Origin: Takakia lepidozioides
Taxonomy: Eukaryota; Plantae; Bryophyta
NCBI GenBank assembly: GCA_030704615.1
Contig: CM060731.1
Coordinates: 94,488,001 to 94,552,000 of the forward strand
Reading direction: 5' to 3'
DNA length: 64,000 nucleotides
Shown: positions 1 through 11,573 of the stretch, one piece after another
Layout: each line of letters begins with the position of its first letter
Numbering within the stretch: the first letter of the stretch is position 1
Notes under the pieces: model-generated
Seen by the model: only the letters and a program-made list of their open reading frames with translations
What the model was told of the DNA's origin: nothing
The model's database searches: none
Made by a program: the position numbers and the translations under genes

Positions 1-619
1 TCTTGTGAGATAGCCAGTTGCAACAATTAGTGGAGCCCAATGCTGACGAGCGCGAGCGGGCGATGGGTTTTACCACTAGTACCACGGCGGTGCCATCTCT
101 TTCTGAGGCATGACGTCGTCAGGTGTTGGGGCAAGCAATGGATCTCAATTGCTTGACCTGGATTATCAGCTTGGCTATGGCTGAGCAACACAGAGTGCGA
201 AGTACACTGCCCTTCATGGTCTCCCTGCCTACCGAGACAGTACAGGCAGCGAGTGGGGACGAGCAGGTGAGAACCACAAGGTGCAGGCTGCATCCATGGC
301 ACACGTGGGAGGTGCTCGAGGTTCATAAGGAGTTGGTAGCCAAGGCGGCGGTGATGGATCAGGTTGGGGATTTTTCTCGGGTTGAGGAGGTCCTCAAGGA
401 TGGGATGATGGGGCAGGGTGAGACATTGTCACTGATACTGCTCAAGAGGTTGCAGCATAGCAACCATGGGACGCGTCTTCTACCTCTAAGCCTGCTGGAC
501 TCAAGGTTGCAGTCACGGAGGACAATTGGGAGCCTGACATTGGACCCATTGTCGCCGGAGGAGAGAGACGATGTATACGGCGGTTACTGAGGGCTTACAG
601 GAATTGCTTTGCCTTCAGT

Positions 620-3596
620 TTGAAGGACTTGGGAGCATTGAAGGGTCAAGAGATCCGTATTGAGTTGGCCACTGACACGCCAATCTTTCGGAGACCCTAT
701 AGATACAGTGACATGGAGAGGTCTTTGATTCAGATGAGGACTCAAGATCTCTGGGAGGCAGGTTTGGTGAAGCTCTCTGGTGGAGAGTATGCTTCAGCCA
801 CAGTGATGCCAGCCAAGAAGGATGTCTATGGCAATTGGACGGAGAGACGTATGTGCAGTGATTACCGGCCTGTAAATCGTTAGACCAAGTCCGATAGGTA
901 TGCCATGCCAACACCAGAAGAGATCTTTGATGCCATTGGGCATGCCAAGGTCTTTAGCACGTTGGATTTACGATCCGGATATCACCGGTTGCCGATCAAG
1001 GAGGCGGATAAGCAAAAGATGACATTCTGGGGGATCAATGAGCATGGGAAAGATTGCCTATACCAGTGGCGGTTCTTACAATTTGGGCTTAAAAACACTC
1101 CTGCTGAGTTTCAAAGAGTCATGGACAGGATTCTAGCAGGGGTGGAGTTTGCTCGGTGCTAATAGATGACATCATCATCTTTAGTGCTACGGTGGAGGAG
1201 CATGAGAGACACCTTCAGGGGGTATTTGAGCGCTTGAGGGCGCACGGATTGAAGTTACATCCGGGAAAGTGCAAGTTTTTCCACAACCAGATGGAGTATC
1301 TGGGTCACACGATATACCCTGGAGGATTGGGGATACAGCAGACTAAGGTAGAGTCCATTGCACAGGTTCCACGCCCCACGGATGTGAGCCGAGTTCGAGC
1401 TTTCATGGGGTTAGCAAACTATTATAGACGGTTTGTTAAGGGATTTAGTGCCATTGCAAAGGCTCTAACCAAGCTGACCAAGGTGGACCAGGAGTGGCAG
1501 TGGGAAGATGAGCAAGAACAAGCTTTTCAAGAGCTCAAGGCGAGGTTGACCTCGGCGCCCATCTTGAGACGACCTATCAGGGGGCGTCATTTTCAGCTGC
1601 ATACAAATTGGAGCATGCTGGGGCTTGGAGCGGTGCTCACACAGGTGGATGATAAGGGAAGAGAGTTCGTAGTGGCTTATGCTAGTCGCTCGAACAACGC
1701 GGCAGAGTCTAAGTATAGCTCATATGAAGGAGAATGCTTAGCTGCAGTGTGGGCCGTGGCACACTTCAGGTGCTATCTATACGACAATCTCTTCACCCTT
1801 GTCACGGATCACCAACCACTCAAGTGGTTGATGGAGTCAGACAAGCTTACGGGGAAGCTTGCACGGTGGGCACTCATCCTTCAAGAGTATGACTTTCAGG
1901 TTGTGCATCGACCGGGTTTGATCAATCGCAATGCAGATGGGTTGAGTCGCAATCCATGCATGAGCCAGCAGGATGACACTGGAGCTCGGTGGCATGGTGA
2001 GACGGATGAGGAGATGGTGCCCGGATGGCATGCATCTGCATTTCTGTGTATCTTGGTAGCGGAAGGCCAGGTTGGACCTGCAACAGGGATGATTGTAAAT
2101 CAAGTGTCTGAGGACCCTGAGGCCAGCAATGAGCAAGGTGGCGTCCCAAAGATATACATGAGGATTCAGCTGTGTTGGACTATCTTCGCACTGGAGACAC
2201 GGCAGCCACTGTGACTGCCAAGGAGAGGGATCGGATCCTACAACGAGCCAAGAGGTTCAAGTGGGAGGGGACACACCTGCTCCGAGTGTGGGAGGATGGT
2301 CGAATGAGGATTATGCCTCACCCAACACAGCGGGCACGGTTAGTGCGGCATGCCCATGAGGAGTTGGGGCATTTTGGGGTGCGACGCACTCATAGTCTAC
2401 TATAGGGGCAATATTGGTGGCGTGGTATGCACACAAAGATGCAACAATTTGTGGCTAGGTGCATGGTGTGTGACAGGGTGCGTGCTTCATTCAACGCCCC
2501 TACTCCACAATTGCACCCTTTTCCGATCATGGGATTGGGCTACAGGTGGAGTCTTGACTTTGCAGGGCCGTTGCCACTGACCATGCGTCGCAACAAGTAC
2601 GTTTTGGTGATGGTGGAGCACTTCTCCAAGTGGATCGAGTTGGTTCCGTTGCCTGATAAGGCTAGTGAGGGAGTTGCGTATGCGTTCTTGGATTGTGTGC
2701 TTAGCCGATTTGGTGCTCCTGCTGAGGTACTCACGGACCAAGGGAGAGAGTTCTTGGGGGAGTTTCAGGCTTTGTGTGACAAGGCCTTGATAGTCCACCG
2801 CACCACTTTGCGAGATTATCCTGAGGCCGATGGCTTGGTAGAGAGAGTTGTTCAGACAGTAAAGAGGGATTTGCACAAGTATGGCTTGCAGAAGGGACAC
2901 CTAGGAGATTGAGACCTTCAGTTATCCTGGTTAGCCATGGGCTACAGGTTCAGCAAGCAAGCATCACTTGCCTCCTTCTCACCATACTTTCTTCTCTTTG
3001 GCCGAGAGCCGGATTTGCCTACATCCATTCGCAGAGAAGCTGCTACAGTTCTTAACCTTGACGATCCGGACGTGTGGTCACGTGCATGTGAGCAGCGTGC
3101 AGAGTTGTTCAAGAAAGTCATGCCCATGGCTTTCGAGAATCTTGCCATTGCACAACACCGTGATACGTTGAGGTATGCTACCATACGTGGTGGGGGCTAT
3201 CGTCCTGGGGTTTGGAGATTCAACCCTGGTGACTATGTTTACCTACAGCAGACTGCTCCTACGACCTTGGATGTGACTGCAGGACGTGTTATTTTGAGGG
3301 TTCGAGAGGTCTTGCCCTCAGGCATCTTGGTCTTGGAGGGTCGGGATGGCATAACTTGGAAGGACCATGTGCGTAATTGTGCGCCATGTCACCTTCCGAA
3401 TGTCGATGGCAGGATTGACCCAAACCTGGTAGTGGTATCTGCAAGTTTGAGGTGCATGTTGTGTGGGTCAGCCAGAGGGGCAGCCACCATGCTGGTGTGT
3501 GATCGATGCTCTAGAGGTTGGCATATGGGATGCTTGACTCCACCTCTTGAGATGGTTCCGGATGGGGATTGGTTATGTCCACATTGCATTGGATAG
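620..3596 (+). pseudogene. pol polyprotein (RT, RNase H, integrase, PHD finger), broken by stops and frameshifts
   Basis: RT: RMCSDYRPVN, FSTLDLRSGYH, FGLKN, (Y)IDD disrupted at ~1160. RNase H: YSSYEGECLA, TDHQPLKWL. Integrase: HEELGHFG..CMVC, SLDFAGP, LTDQGREF. PHD: CMLC..CDRC..WHMGC..WLCPHC. Confidence 0.93.
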
Positions 3597-3855
3597 TGGG
3601 AGTGGATACAACCATGGAAGGCTAACAAGAAACGCAAGGCCCAGCTACTAGGAGACCTTGAACGCACGAGGTCCTGGCTCAAGTTCACAGATTGCAAGAC
3701 GGCGACTAACGATGGGGCTACTCTTGTACCCGGCCTCTTGGTCGATAGAGTTGAGTACAATACAGACAGTGATAGAAGACTTAGTACGGCTGCGGCTATT
3801 ACATCTTGTAGCTATCTGGAGTTAGAGGGACCTATCCACCAGCTAGGGGGGCGAT

Positions 3856-4029
3856 TGTGGCAGACTACTTTATTGTGCATATATGTGTGGTGTGGTTTGG
3901 ACAGCGATGTAGTTGTGTAGCGATACGTATGCGCACGACAGCATTGTGGCAGACTACTTTATTGTGCATATATGTGTGGTGTGGTTTGGACAGCGATGTA
4001 GTTGTGTAGCGATACGTATGCGCACAACA
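3856..4029 (+). repeat. Two tandem 85-bp TG..CA units (putative very short 3' LTR, duplicated)
   Basis: 3856-3940 and 3945-4029 are near-identical, separated by GCAT, and lie immediately after the PPT. Confidence 0.75.
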
Positions 4030-5134
4030 ATGCCTTCCACAAGAAAGGCCACAACACATTTGTTAGATAATCATCACATGGCAAATCTGGTTGCACTTTC
4101 CATGGCACTGGGAAAATCCCACTGATTGGAGGATTGTTTGTCGCCTTTCGCGGTGTGTCATCAACAAGAACAGTGTCCTCATGACTCCATTCTGGCCACT
4201 CTGCCCACACTCTAGACAAGTTTCTGTAGAACAATGGTTTTGAATCATACCCCTTACGAGATGGGAGGACTGGATCCTCGTCACAGTGAAGGGCATCCCA
4301 CTGGAAAACAAGGTTAGTGTGGGCTGCAAAAATATAGTCCACTATTGGGAAGAAGTTGCGAGCTTGACAACAAGACCACACCGCCACCTCAAAGTGTTCA
4401 AAACACTTTTGAAAAAACTCAGAAGAGCGTGGTCTCAAAACTACCATTTTTTTGCCACACATCTTCCCCACAAAACCTTTGGGAAGGGATGCGGCGCCAG
4501 TAGCAGAATAAATTGATTCACATAGCAAATCGTTTAAGTCCAGAATTAGCAAATGCTTCCTCGCTGGTCCAGGAAGCAAACTGTCATCTGGCTTCAACAT
4601 GTGAGCGGGAGAAAGTATAGCAACATCCTTGTCTGTTTTGTCACAGTCTGCATCTGCATCTTCCTCCCCATGTAAACTCCCATAGACCAACATACCAGAA
4701 TCTGGTGTGCCAGGCTCCTCTGTCACCATTGCCCCCTAGACTGCTACTTCATTTGTATGTCGCTTGGGCTGACCTCCCGCATCTACCTCACAGCTAGCCT
4801 TTCCTGTACCTTGCTGCTGCTCGGACAAATTCAAACCATCATCAGTGAGGGCAATACATGAGGGCTTAGAGTGAGCCCCAGTTACCGTCTGAAATTGCTC
4901 TTCCAAACATTTTGATATTGTCACACTAGAAGCAGCCAACGTAGATGTCACTGGGCCTAGGCCAGGTAGAGTAATCCCTAATCGCGCCACAATGGCTTTT
5001 TGGTAATCAATCATGCTCTGCATCTGCAATTTTAAATCTGACATGTCGCGTCCTTGTGATTCCACCAGTTTGTCCAAGCCCTCCATCCTGCCAACTACAG
5101 AAGCATATGCCCGACTCCCTTCCTGCCAATCCAT
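4030..5134 (-). pseudogene. Coiled-coil plus FCP1/NIF (HAD-family CTD phosphatase-like) reading frame, truncated by the Gypsy LTR
   Basis: Motifs LLILDLNDLL, LRPRSSEFF, VAVWSC, TVLVDDTPRK. ORFs 4736-5134 and 3959-4729 are in the same frame, separated by one TAG. Confidence 0.8.
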
Positions 5135-5185
5135 GAAAACAAAGTTGAATCAAACCAAAAACACCTAGCATGAACAACTGGAAAG

Positions 5186-6423
5186 AATGTACTCATAAGA
5201 CGTTGTTTGCTGTAACCTTGTGGCCATTGACTTTGCGCCCAGTTTGAGCAAAACAATGATCATGTCATCCCCCATGTCACAGACTGGAAACAAGTGAAGG
5301 GAAGTTTTCTTCCTAAATTCATTTTCAACTGACAATATCATGGCAACAGACATGGCTTTGGACACTACAGCCTCTAAGTCAGTCTGGAAACAAGTCAACG
5401 GAAGTTTTCTGCCTAACTTCATTTTCATTAGACAATTTAATGGCAACACACATGGCTTTGGACACTACAGCCTCTAAGTCAGACTGGAAATAAGTGAAGG
5501 GAAGTTTTCTGCCTAACTTCATTTTCATCAGACAATTTAATGGCAACACACATGGCTTTGGATACTATAGCCTCTAAGTCAGACTGGAAACAAGTCAAGG
5601 GAAGTTTTCTACCTAACTTCAATTTCATCACACAATTTGTCATGGCATTAACAGACATGGCTTTGGACACTACAGCCTCTAAGTCAGATTGGAATCAAGT
5701 GAAGGGAAGTTCTCTGCCTAACTTCATTTTCATCAGACAACCGCTTAGGACACTACAGCCTCTAAGTCAGACTGGAAATAAGTGAAGGGAAGTGTTCTGC
5801 CTAACTTCATTTTCATCAGACTTTGCCATGGCATTGCCAGACATGGCTTTGGACACTACAGCCTCTAAGTCAGACTACAAACAAGTGAAGAGAAGTTTTC
5901 TACCTAACTTCATTTTCATGATACTTCATGGCAACAGACCTAGCTTTGGACACTACAGCCTCTAAGTCAGACTGGAAACAAGTGAAGGGAAGTGTTATGC
6001 TTAACTTCATTTTCATCAGACAACTTCATGGCAACACACATGGCTTTGGACACTACAGCCTCTAAGTCAGACTGGAAACTAGTGAAGGGAAGTTTTCTGC
6101 CTAACTTCATTTTCATCAGACAATTTAATGGCAACAGACATGGCTTTGGACACTACAGCCTCTAAGTCAGACTGGAAACTAGTGAAGGGAAGTTTTCTGC
6201 CTAACTTCATGCGCCGGATCCAGATTCAGATCCATGAGAATCTCTTCTACTCTCTTCTGCCAGGACTTAGCCTGTTTGACAGAGCGGTCCTATTTCCAAG
6301 ATATAGAGTCGATTAACTTAGGATGTCTGGTGTTGGAAGGTATGCCAACGCACCCCGAACAACCACATTGGCTGTTTTGGAGCATGTTGGCATGCACTCC
6401 TAAGCTCTCCCACTTGCAACTGA
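5186..6423 (-). mobile_element. Rearranged 5'-truncated LINE (RTEX-like) copy
   Basis: Shares the 3' end ...GGCCACAAGG..CAAACAACGTCTTATGAGTAC with other copies in the window. Flanked by a near-perfect 13-bp TSD, AACAACTG(G/A)AAAG (5173-5185, 6424-6436). Confidence 0.8.
5276..6210. repeat. ~100-bp tandem array (about 9.5 units) derived from an internal LINE segment
   Basis: Unit GTCAGACTGGAAACAAGTGAAGGGAAG...GGACACTACAGCCTCTAA starts at ~5276, 5378, 5478, 5578, 5683, 5766, 5869, 5966, 6066 and 6166. It is single-copy in the LINE at ~42884-42986. Confidence 0.92.
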
Positions 6424-6526
6424 AACAACTGAAAAGCTGAAAACCTAGCCCAAAAACGTAGAAAAAAAAACCTAGCAAGAATCAAGATGAAGCAACCAGG
6501 ACAGCAAACATGGAAAATTGAATTAC

Positions 6527-7329
6527 CCGCATTTCGCTCCCACCTGACATCCGCGACACTGAACCCTCTTGAATTTCATGTAATGTAGGAGTGCACCCTG
6601 ATAGTGCTTCCTGCATTTTATTTAACCCATGCCACAAACAAACACATCCCACAAGTCAATAACCAATATGAGGGCACACTATATACACATAGTGTTTCAA
6701 TGAGGAACGAAATACAGGGTAGTGATGATGCCACTTACCAAGAGTGCCTCCACCATTGCCTTCCCACCATGGCCAGTTTTGGTAGGATTTTGAACTGCAC
6801 CATTTGCCTTCTTCATGTTGCCCGACACTTTCTGGAACACCTCTGTCTGCCAATAACTTACAAGCTTGTTCCATGTGTCGTCAGATACAGTAATGGGTTT
6901 CCCCTTGCCACTCAACCACACAGTGTGTGAATCAAAACGCTGGCTCTTCATTATACGACCAATTGTTTCTTTTAGGTGGCGGTCAGTCAACTGCTTTGGC
7001 GTCAATGAAAATAGCTTAGCCAGGTGATCTCTAATTTCGTGTACAAGTTCATCAGGTTGGTTGTTGATGGGAAGGGAACAATCTAGCTTACAAAGAGCCA
7101 GTCTTTTAAGGGCAGCATTCCATACATTCCGTGTCTGACCATACGGGGCTCCTTTGGTGTTCGTCACAACTACCGTCGGAGGAAGACCTGCAGCTATCTT
7201 CTCTTCCTTCACCTTCGCAGCTTCAACTGTGGCTATGCTATTAGCCCTCCTTAAAGCATTGGTTCTATCTTTCTTTGTATTGGCATCCTCCCCTCCTTCA
7301 GAGACCTCCGTTTGCACAGGAGAATTCAC
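6527..7329 (-). pseudogene. CACTA/En-Spm TnpA-like (Ptta/En/Spm type) exons
   Basis: GAPYG..., KPITVSDDTWNKLVSYWQTEVFQKVSGNMKKAN..TKTGHGG. GTAAGT donor at ~6738; probable small exon at ~6527-6611. Confidence 0.65.
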
Positions 7330-8174
7330 GGCAACATCCCGTCAAGTAGGGACTGGTGGCCATGGCTGTTGGCCAGAAGGCCGAGGATCATACTAGCCAT
7401 ACTGTCCATAAGTAGGAGGATAGTCTGGTGGTCTGCCACCCCCATAGCTATTAGGGGGTGGCAAATATGGTGGAGGGGCATACGGGCCATACTGCCCATA
7501 CGCAGCAGCACTTCCCCTCACCATACTGAGTGCCAGCTTGTGGGTATTGAGGCATACCATAATAAGGTGGGGGTACCGGTGGCAGAGAACCAAAAACCTG
7601 GGGAGACTTAGGGCCACCTCCTGCCTTGTTGTGGGCGCCATCTCCATTCCTAGCAGCAGGGATCATGTTGACAGAGCGCTTGTGCTTGTCCCGTAAAGAC
7701 AGACACCAAGTATAATGTGGGTGAATCCACATATATATAGGCAGCAAGTAGCAAATCCTAGAATTCAAGATAACAAACATTTAGTAGATATGAAGACAAG
7801 ATTACCCAGAAGTCAGTATGATCTTGGGCAGTAAATCTCCCAAATTTGATTGGCCCCAGTGATGTCCTCCCAGTACTTTTCTGAACCCTTTTAGGTATGG
7901 GTTGTTCCTGAAAATCCATATCAAGCATTCAAAGGGACAAACCTGATGGGTCCATGAAAGATAAGTGTCCCTGCAATTTGTCTACCTGAGGTGTCTGGAA
8001 AGCCCTAACTAATTGTTTGTGCCAAGAACTGTACACTGCACATGTCGTGTTTTCATTGGTCATCTGTAGTCATTTAGTCATATAGGACTTACTAAGTGAC
8101 TGCAACTATGACTTCTATGGCTACAAATGGAGTGTTCTGATTGGTCGACTCACAACATGACTGTTGTGGTGCAG

Positions 8175-8680
8175 GGACGTGTAGATTCTGATGATGAAGA
8201 CGAAGGCCTTGCGTTTCAGCGGGAGCCGAATGTCATTGAGAATGCAGATGAGGGTGGTGGATTGCAGGTATAAATCCAGCGTGCATTACATGAAGCATTT
8301 CAATTTGCTGCAAACAGACAAGACCCCATTCACGGTGGAACCGATCACATTGGATCCGATCATGTCGATCACATTGACGGTTCCAGAGACAATGGAGACA
8401 ATTTGCAAAATCCAGATAACGTTCAAGATGAATTCGATGAGAATGCTCACCTGCACGTTGATCCCGAGTATGAGAAACTCTTCCGACAGTCGCAATGTCC
8501 AATTTTATATGTCTTACCTTATTGGGAGGTAATGAAGCAGGACGATGCTCGCTTCACACTGGTCAATATTAACCGTATGCTTCCACCTTCTGAGCAACCT
8601 CTTGTGTTTCCTGGCCAGGTTGATCAAGTGTTTTTTTCTGATTGTGTGAAGGAGCCGGGGTGGAAAGTCGTCCTGGAGAA
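8175..8680 (+). pseudogene. CACTA TnpD C-terminal (DUF4216-like) remnant
   Basis: KQDDARFTLVNINRM..EQPLVFPGQVDQVFFSDCVKEPGWKVVL. It is joined directly to an RPS3a fragment (FDVGKLMEV). Confidence 0.75.
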
Positions 8681-9847
8681 GAGCCCCCTTCAATTTGATG
8701 TGGGAAAGCTTATGGAGGTCTAGTCTCACTTTCACTCCTCTAATGTCAGTGCTGCATCCATTGACATGTGGAGATGTTTAAAACACCATTGGAGCATTGA
8801 AAGGAAAGCACTCCATAATTGATCATAAAACCCACTGTCCAAGCATGATATCTTAATGGGAATGCGAAGGGAGTGTTACCACCTTAAGCTATCATGCATG
8901 GTCTATAACTGGAGTGCACAAATGAAGCACATCTAATCCCCATCATCCTCTCTATGTCTGGGTCACTGCATGTATCACTGTCTTCATTACAAACTTCATC
9001 TTGTCCAAGGGTTGGCTGAACATCATCACCACTACTACGGGGTGCTCGGAGCACGTAGAGTGGTCTGCGACATATCAATTGCTAATGATGATGTGGCGGA
9101 AGTAGAAGGATTGTTAGCCCCACAAAGACTAGAGGAGACTCTGGTAACTGATGGCCCAACACGCAGCCGAGCGGTACTGGTTACTCCAGAGTAGGTGGCC
9201 TCCTTCAAATCACAAGTTTGAGCATCACGCACAAGCCACTTATAGGGATTGAGTTTCCAATGTGAACCATTAGTCTTTTATTGATAGCATTGTTGTAAAA
9301 TACATGGACCAACATGGTCAATTTCTGGAATGACAAATAGTACACTTATATGTATTATGTAAGCACACAACTATGTACCAATGACGTGGCTTGTTCGCCA
9401 CTTAACCTGTTTGCCCATTCAACCATCTCCACATTGTCATGGATTCTGCATGCTGGATTGTGAGGCCATCCACACCATCCTCTGGAAATGCTATCATGGG
9501 GTTTCAGCTATGTCCACATTTCCCTGGATTATGCCTGCACGAAGCAAGGCCAACTGCATTCAGCACCCGGGGGGTGCACTCTTTATAAACTATGCGTATC
9601 ACGTGCGTTCGTCGCCTAATAAAAAAACCCCTTGTATACGGGTCCTTGGATAATTTATACCCCCTCTGTACATACTTTTTGAAGATTATAAAATCCCCTC
9701 CTGTAAATATACAAAAATTTACAATTTTTGGAAAGTACCCCCTTCTGTATGTATATTCTCATTTTTCATCATTAAAAATAACCCTCCAATATGTATATGT
9801 ATGTTTTTATATTATATCGAATTTATTCATTTAAAACATAATAAAAT

Positions 9848-10770
9848 CTAACAAATTAATTTAAATTTTTTTTTGCCTTTGATAAAGTTGTCAAAGACTT
9901 TTCGGTCATTTGCATCAAGAACATATGTGTTTGACTTGACATTGTACTTTAAACATGCTAACGCGATAATGGAATCCAAATCAACCATCATGTTATCCGT
10001 CAAATCGTACGTATAGACCCCTCCTTGAATTTTTTGGTACCATGCTAACCCAATCTCCATATGAGAAGGACGCTCCAATAAATCAACAGAATCCCTACAT
10101 TCTACAAACCGCTTATTGATTTTCTTCCGCATTCTTTGAACCCTGCCCAAATACCAAGTGCCTTTGGTTGCTCCTCTGCAGGTTTTCCCTGGTCTACCTT
10201 TCCTGTTTGTAGTTTGGATCGCAGTCTCCCCATCAACAAAAAATACAGCACAATCCGAACCCAATCCCAAGCTCGTGGCTTTGTTGTTGGTAGTTGGTTT
10301 GTTTTCTCGGCAAAACAACATCGATGCACTTCTTACTCGTGTCAATTTATCCTTGGATAGAGTAGGGTTGCCATTGAGTTGGCTAACCAAAGTGCTTTTG
10401 AATATGGTCTTCCCGTCTACTTTGACAAATGGAACCACTGCCAAAGTCTGTCCTCATGCAAGATCGTAGAACCACTGGAAGATAGAGGTCTTTTCAATCC
10501 TTGGTCCCCATCGTTTTGGTCTGAAATCTTAATGTGTACAGTATCCCCTTTCAGAACCATCCTCTCTTCTTGCTTGGCTGAAAGGACACTACCCCCCATG
10601 GAAAGGAAATGAAATTTTGCTGAGACAAGCTCATCACCTATAATTTCTGCTCGGATACATTTGTATGTGACACCTTGCATAGTGAACACAGAACCAAGCC
10701 TGTTTGGTGATGCATCTCCTCCAACGAGCATGACTTTTACTTCCAACTCTTCTTCCATGATGAGTTCACC
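9848..10770 (-). pseudogene. Internal protein remnants of the TIR element (no catalytic core recognised)
   Basis: Overlapping ORFs 10417-10791 and 9848-10444 (VVPFVKVDGKTIFKSTLVSQLNGNPTLSKDKLTRVR...), with an acceptor-like TTGCAG at ~10770. Confidence 0.5.
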
Positions 10771-11573
10771 TGCAAAATGCAATGAAAACATTTCAAATCA
10801 AACCTTGATAGACCAATAACAAAGCACCCGGGTTGGAAGGTTCCAAAGTCCTGTTTTATACAACCCTATAGGCTGTCCAAGCAGGGACTACGTTGATAAG
10901 AGGATGAAATGTATACAGAAGCAAGTACCTGATTGATGAGTTTGACGTTGCTAATTCTTGCTGCTGCTATTGACCAAATGCTGCTACTTCCACTGCTGGT
11001 AGCCCTCTTGGGTGATCCTGAACCCACAGTCCATCCTTGCATCAGCGGCTACCCCTCCCTCCACACTAACATATTAAGCACAAAGTTCTGTCAAACTCCC
11101 TACGATGTTGCATGAAGAAAGCTCACCTTGTTGACAATATTGTCCCACCGTTGTGGATCATATTTATAGAACTCCTGCCAGCGCTGTTCCTTGCTCCAAA
11201 TCTGGCCCTCTTGGATGATTTTGCACCCACGATCCTCTCCCTGCATCAACAGCTACCCCTCCCTGTCATGCTGCCACCTCGGCCCTAAACTTGCAAAGTC
11301 ACTCCAACGCACCGCAAATCCACCCAACGAGCTAACTTACAGAATTCAATACATATGCTTCAGGCCTGAGGAGGATGAGAGGAAAAACAGGCTGAAACAG
11401 GTCAAACCAGAAGGTGCCCTCAGGCTGAAATGTGTTGAAGAAGGTACCTTCATCAGCAATGCCTTGCTCTATCAATTGCGCTGTTGCCGCTGCAGTTTCC
11501 AGTTGACCATCCACCCACATTGTCCCACCATTGACTGGGGGCAGAAAAGTGTCAGATTCCAAAGCTTCTCTTC

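Larger units (their letters stand above)
1..4029 (+). mobile_element. Ty3/Gypsy LTR retrotransposon (5' part outside window), non-chromovirus type with C-terminal PHD finger
   Basis: Domain order is RT-RNaseH-integrase. A PPT-like AGCTAGGGGGGCGAT (3841-3855) directly precedes a TG..CA LTR-like unit. Confidence 0.93.

Noticed and set aside
5276-6210. CRISPR-like array
   Set aside because: The units are contiguous with no unique spacers, derive from a LINE, and sit in a eukaryotic context.
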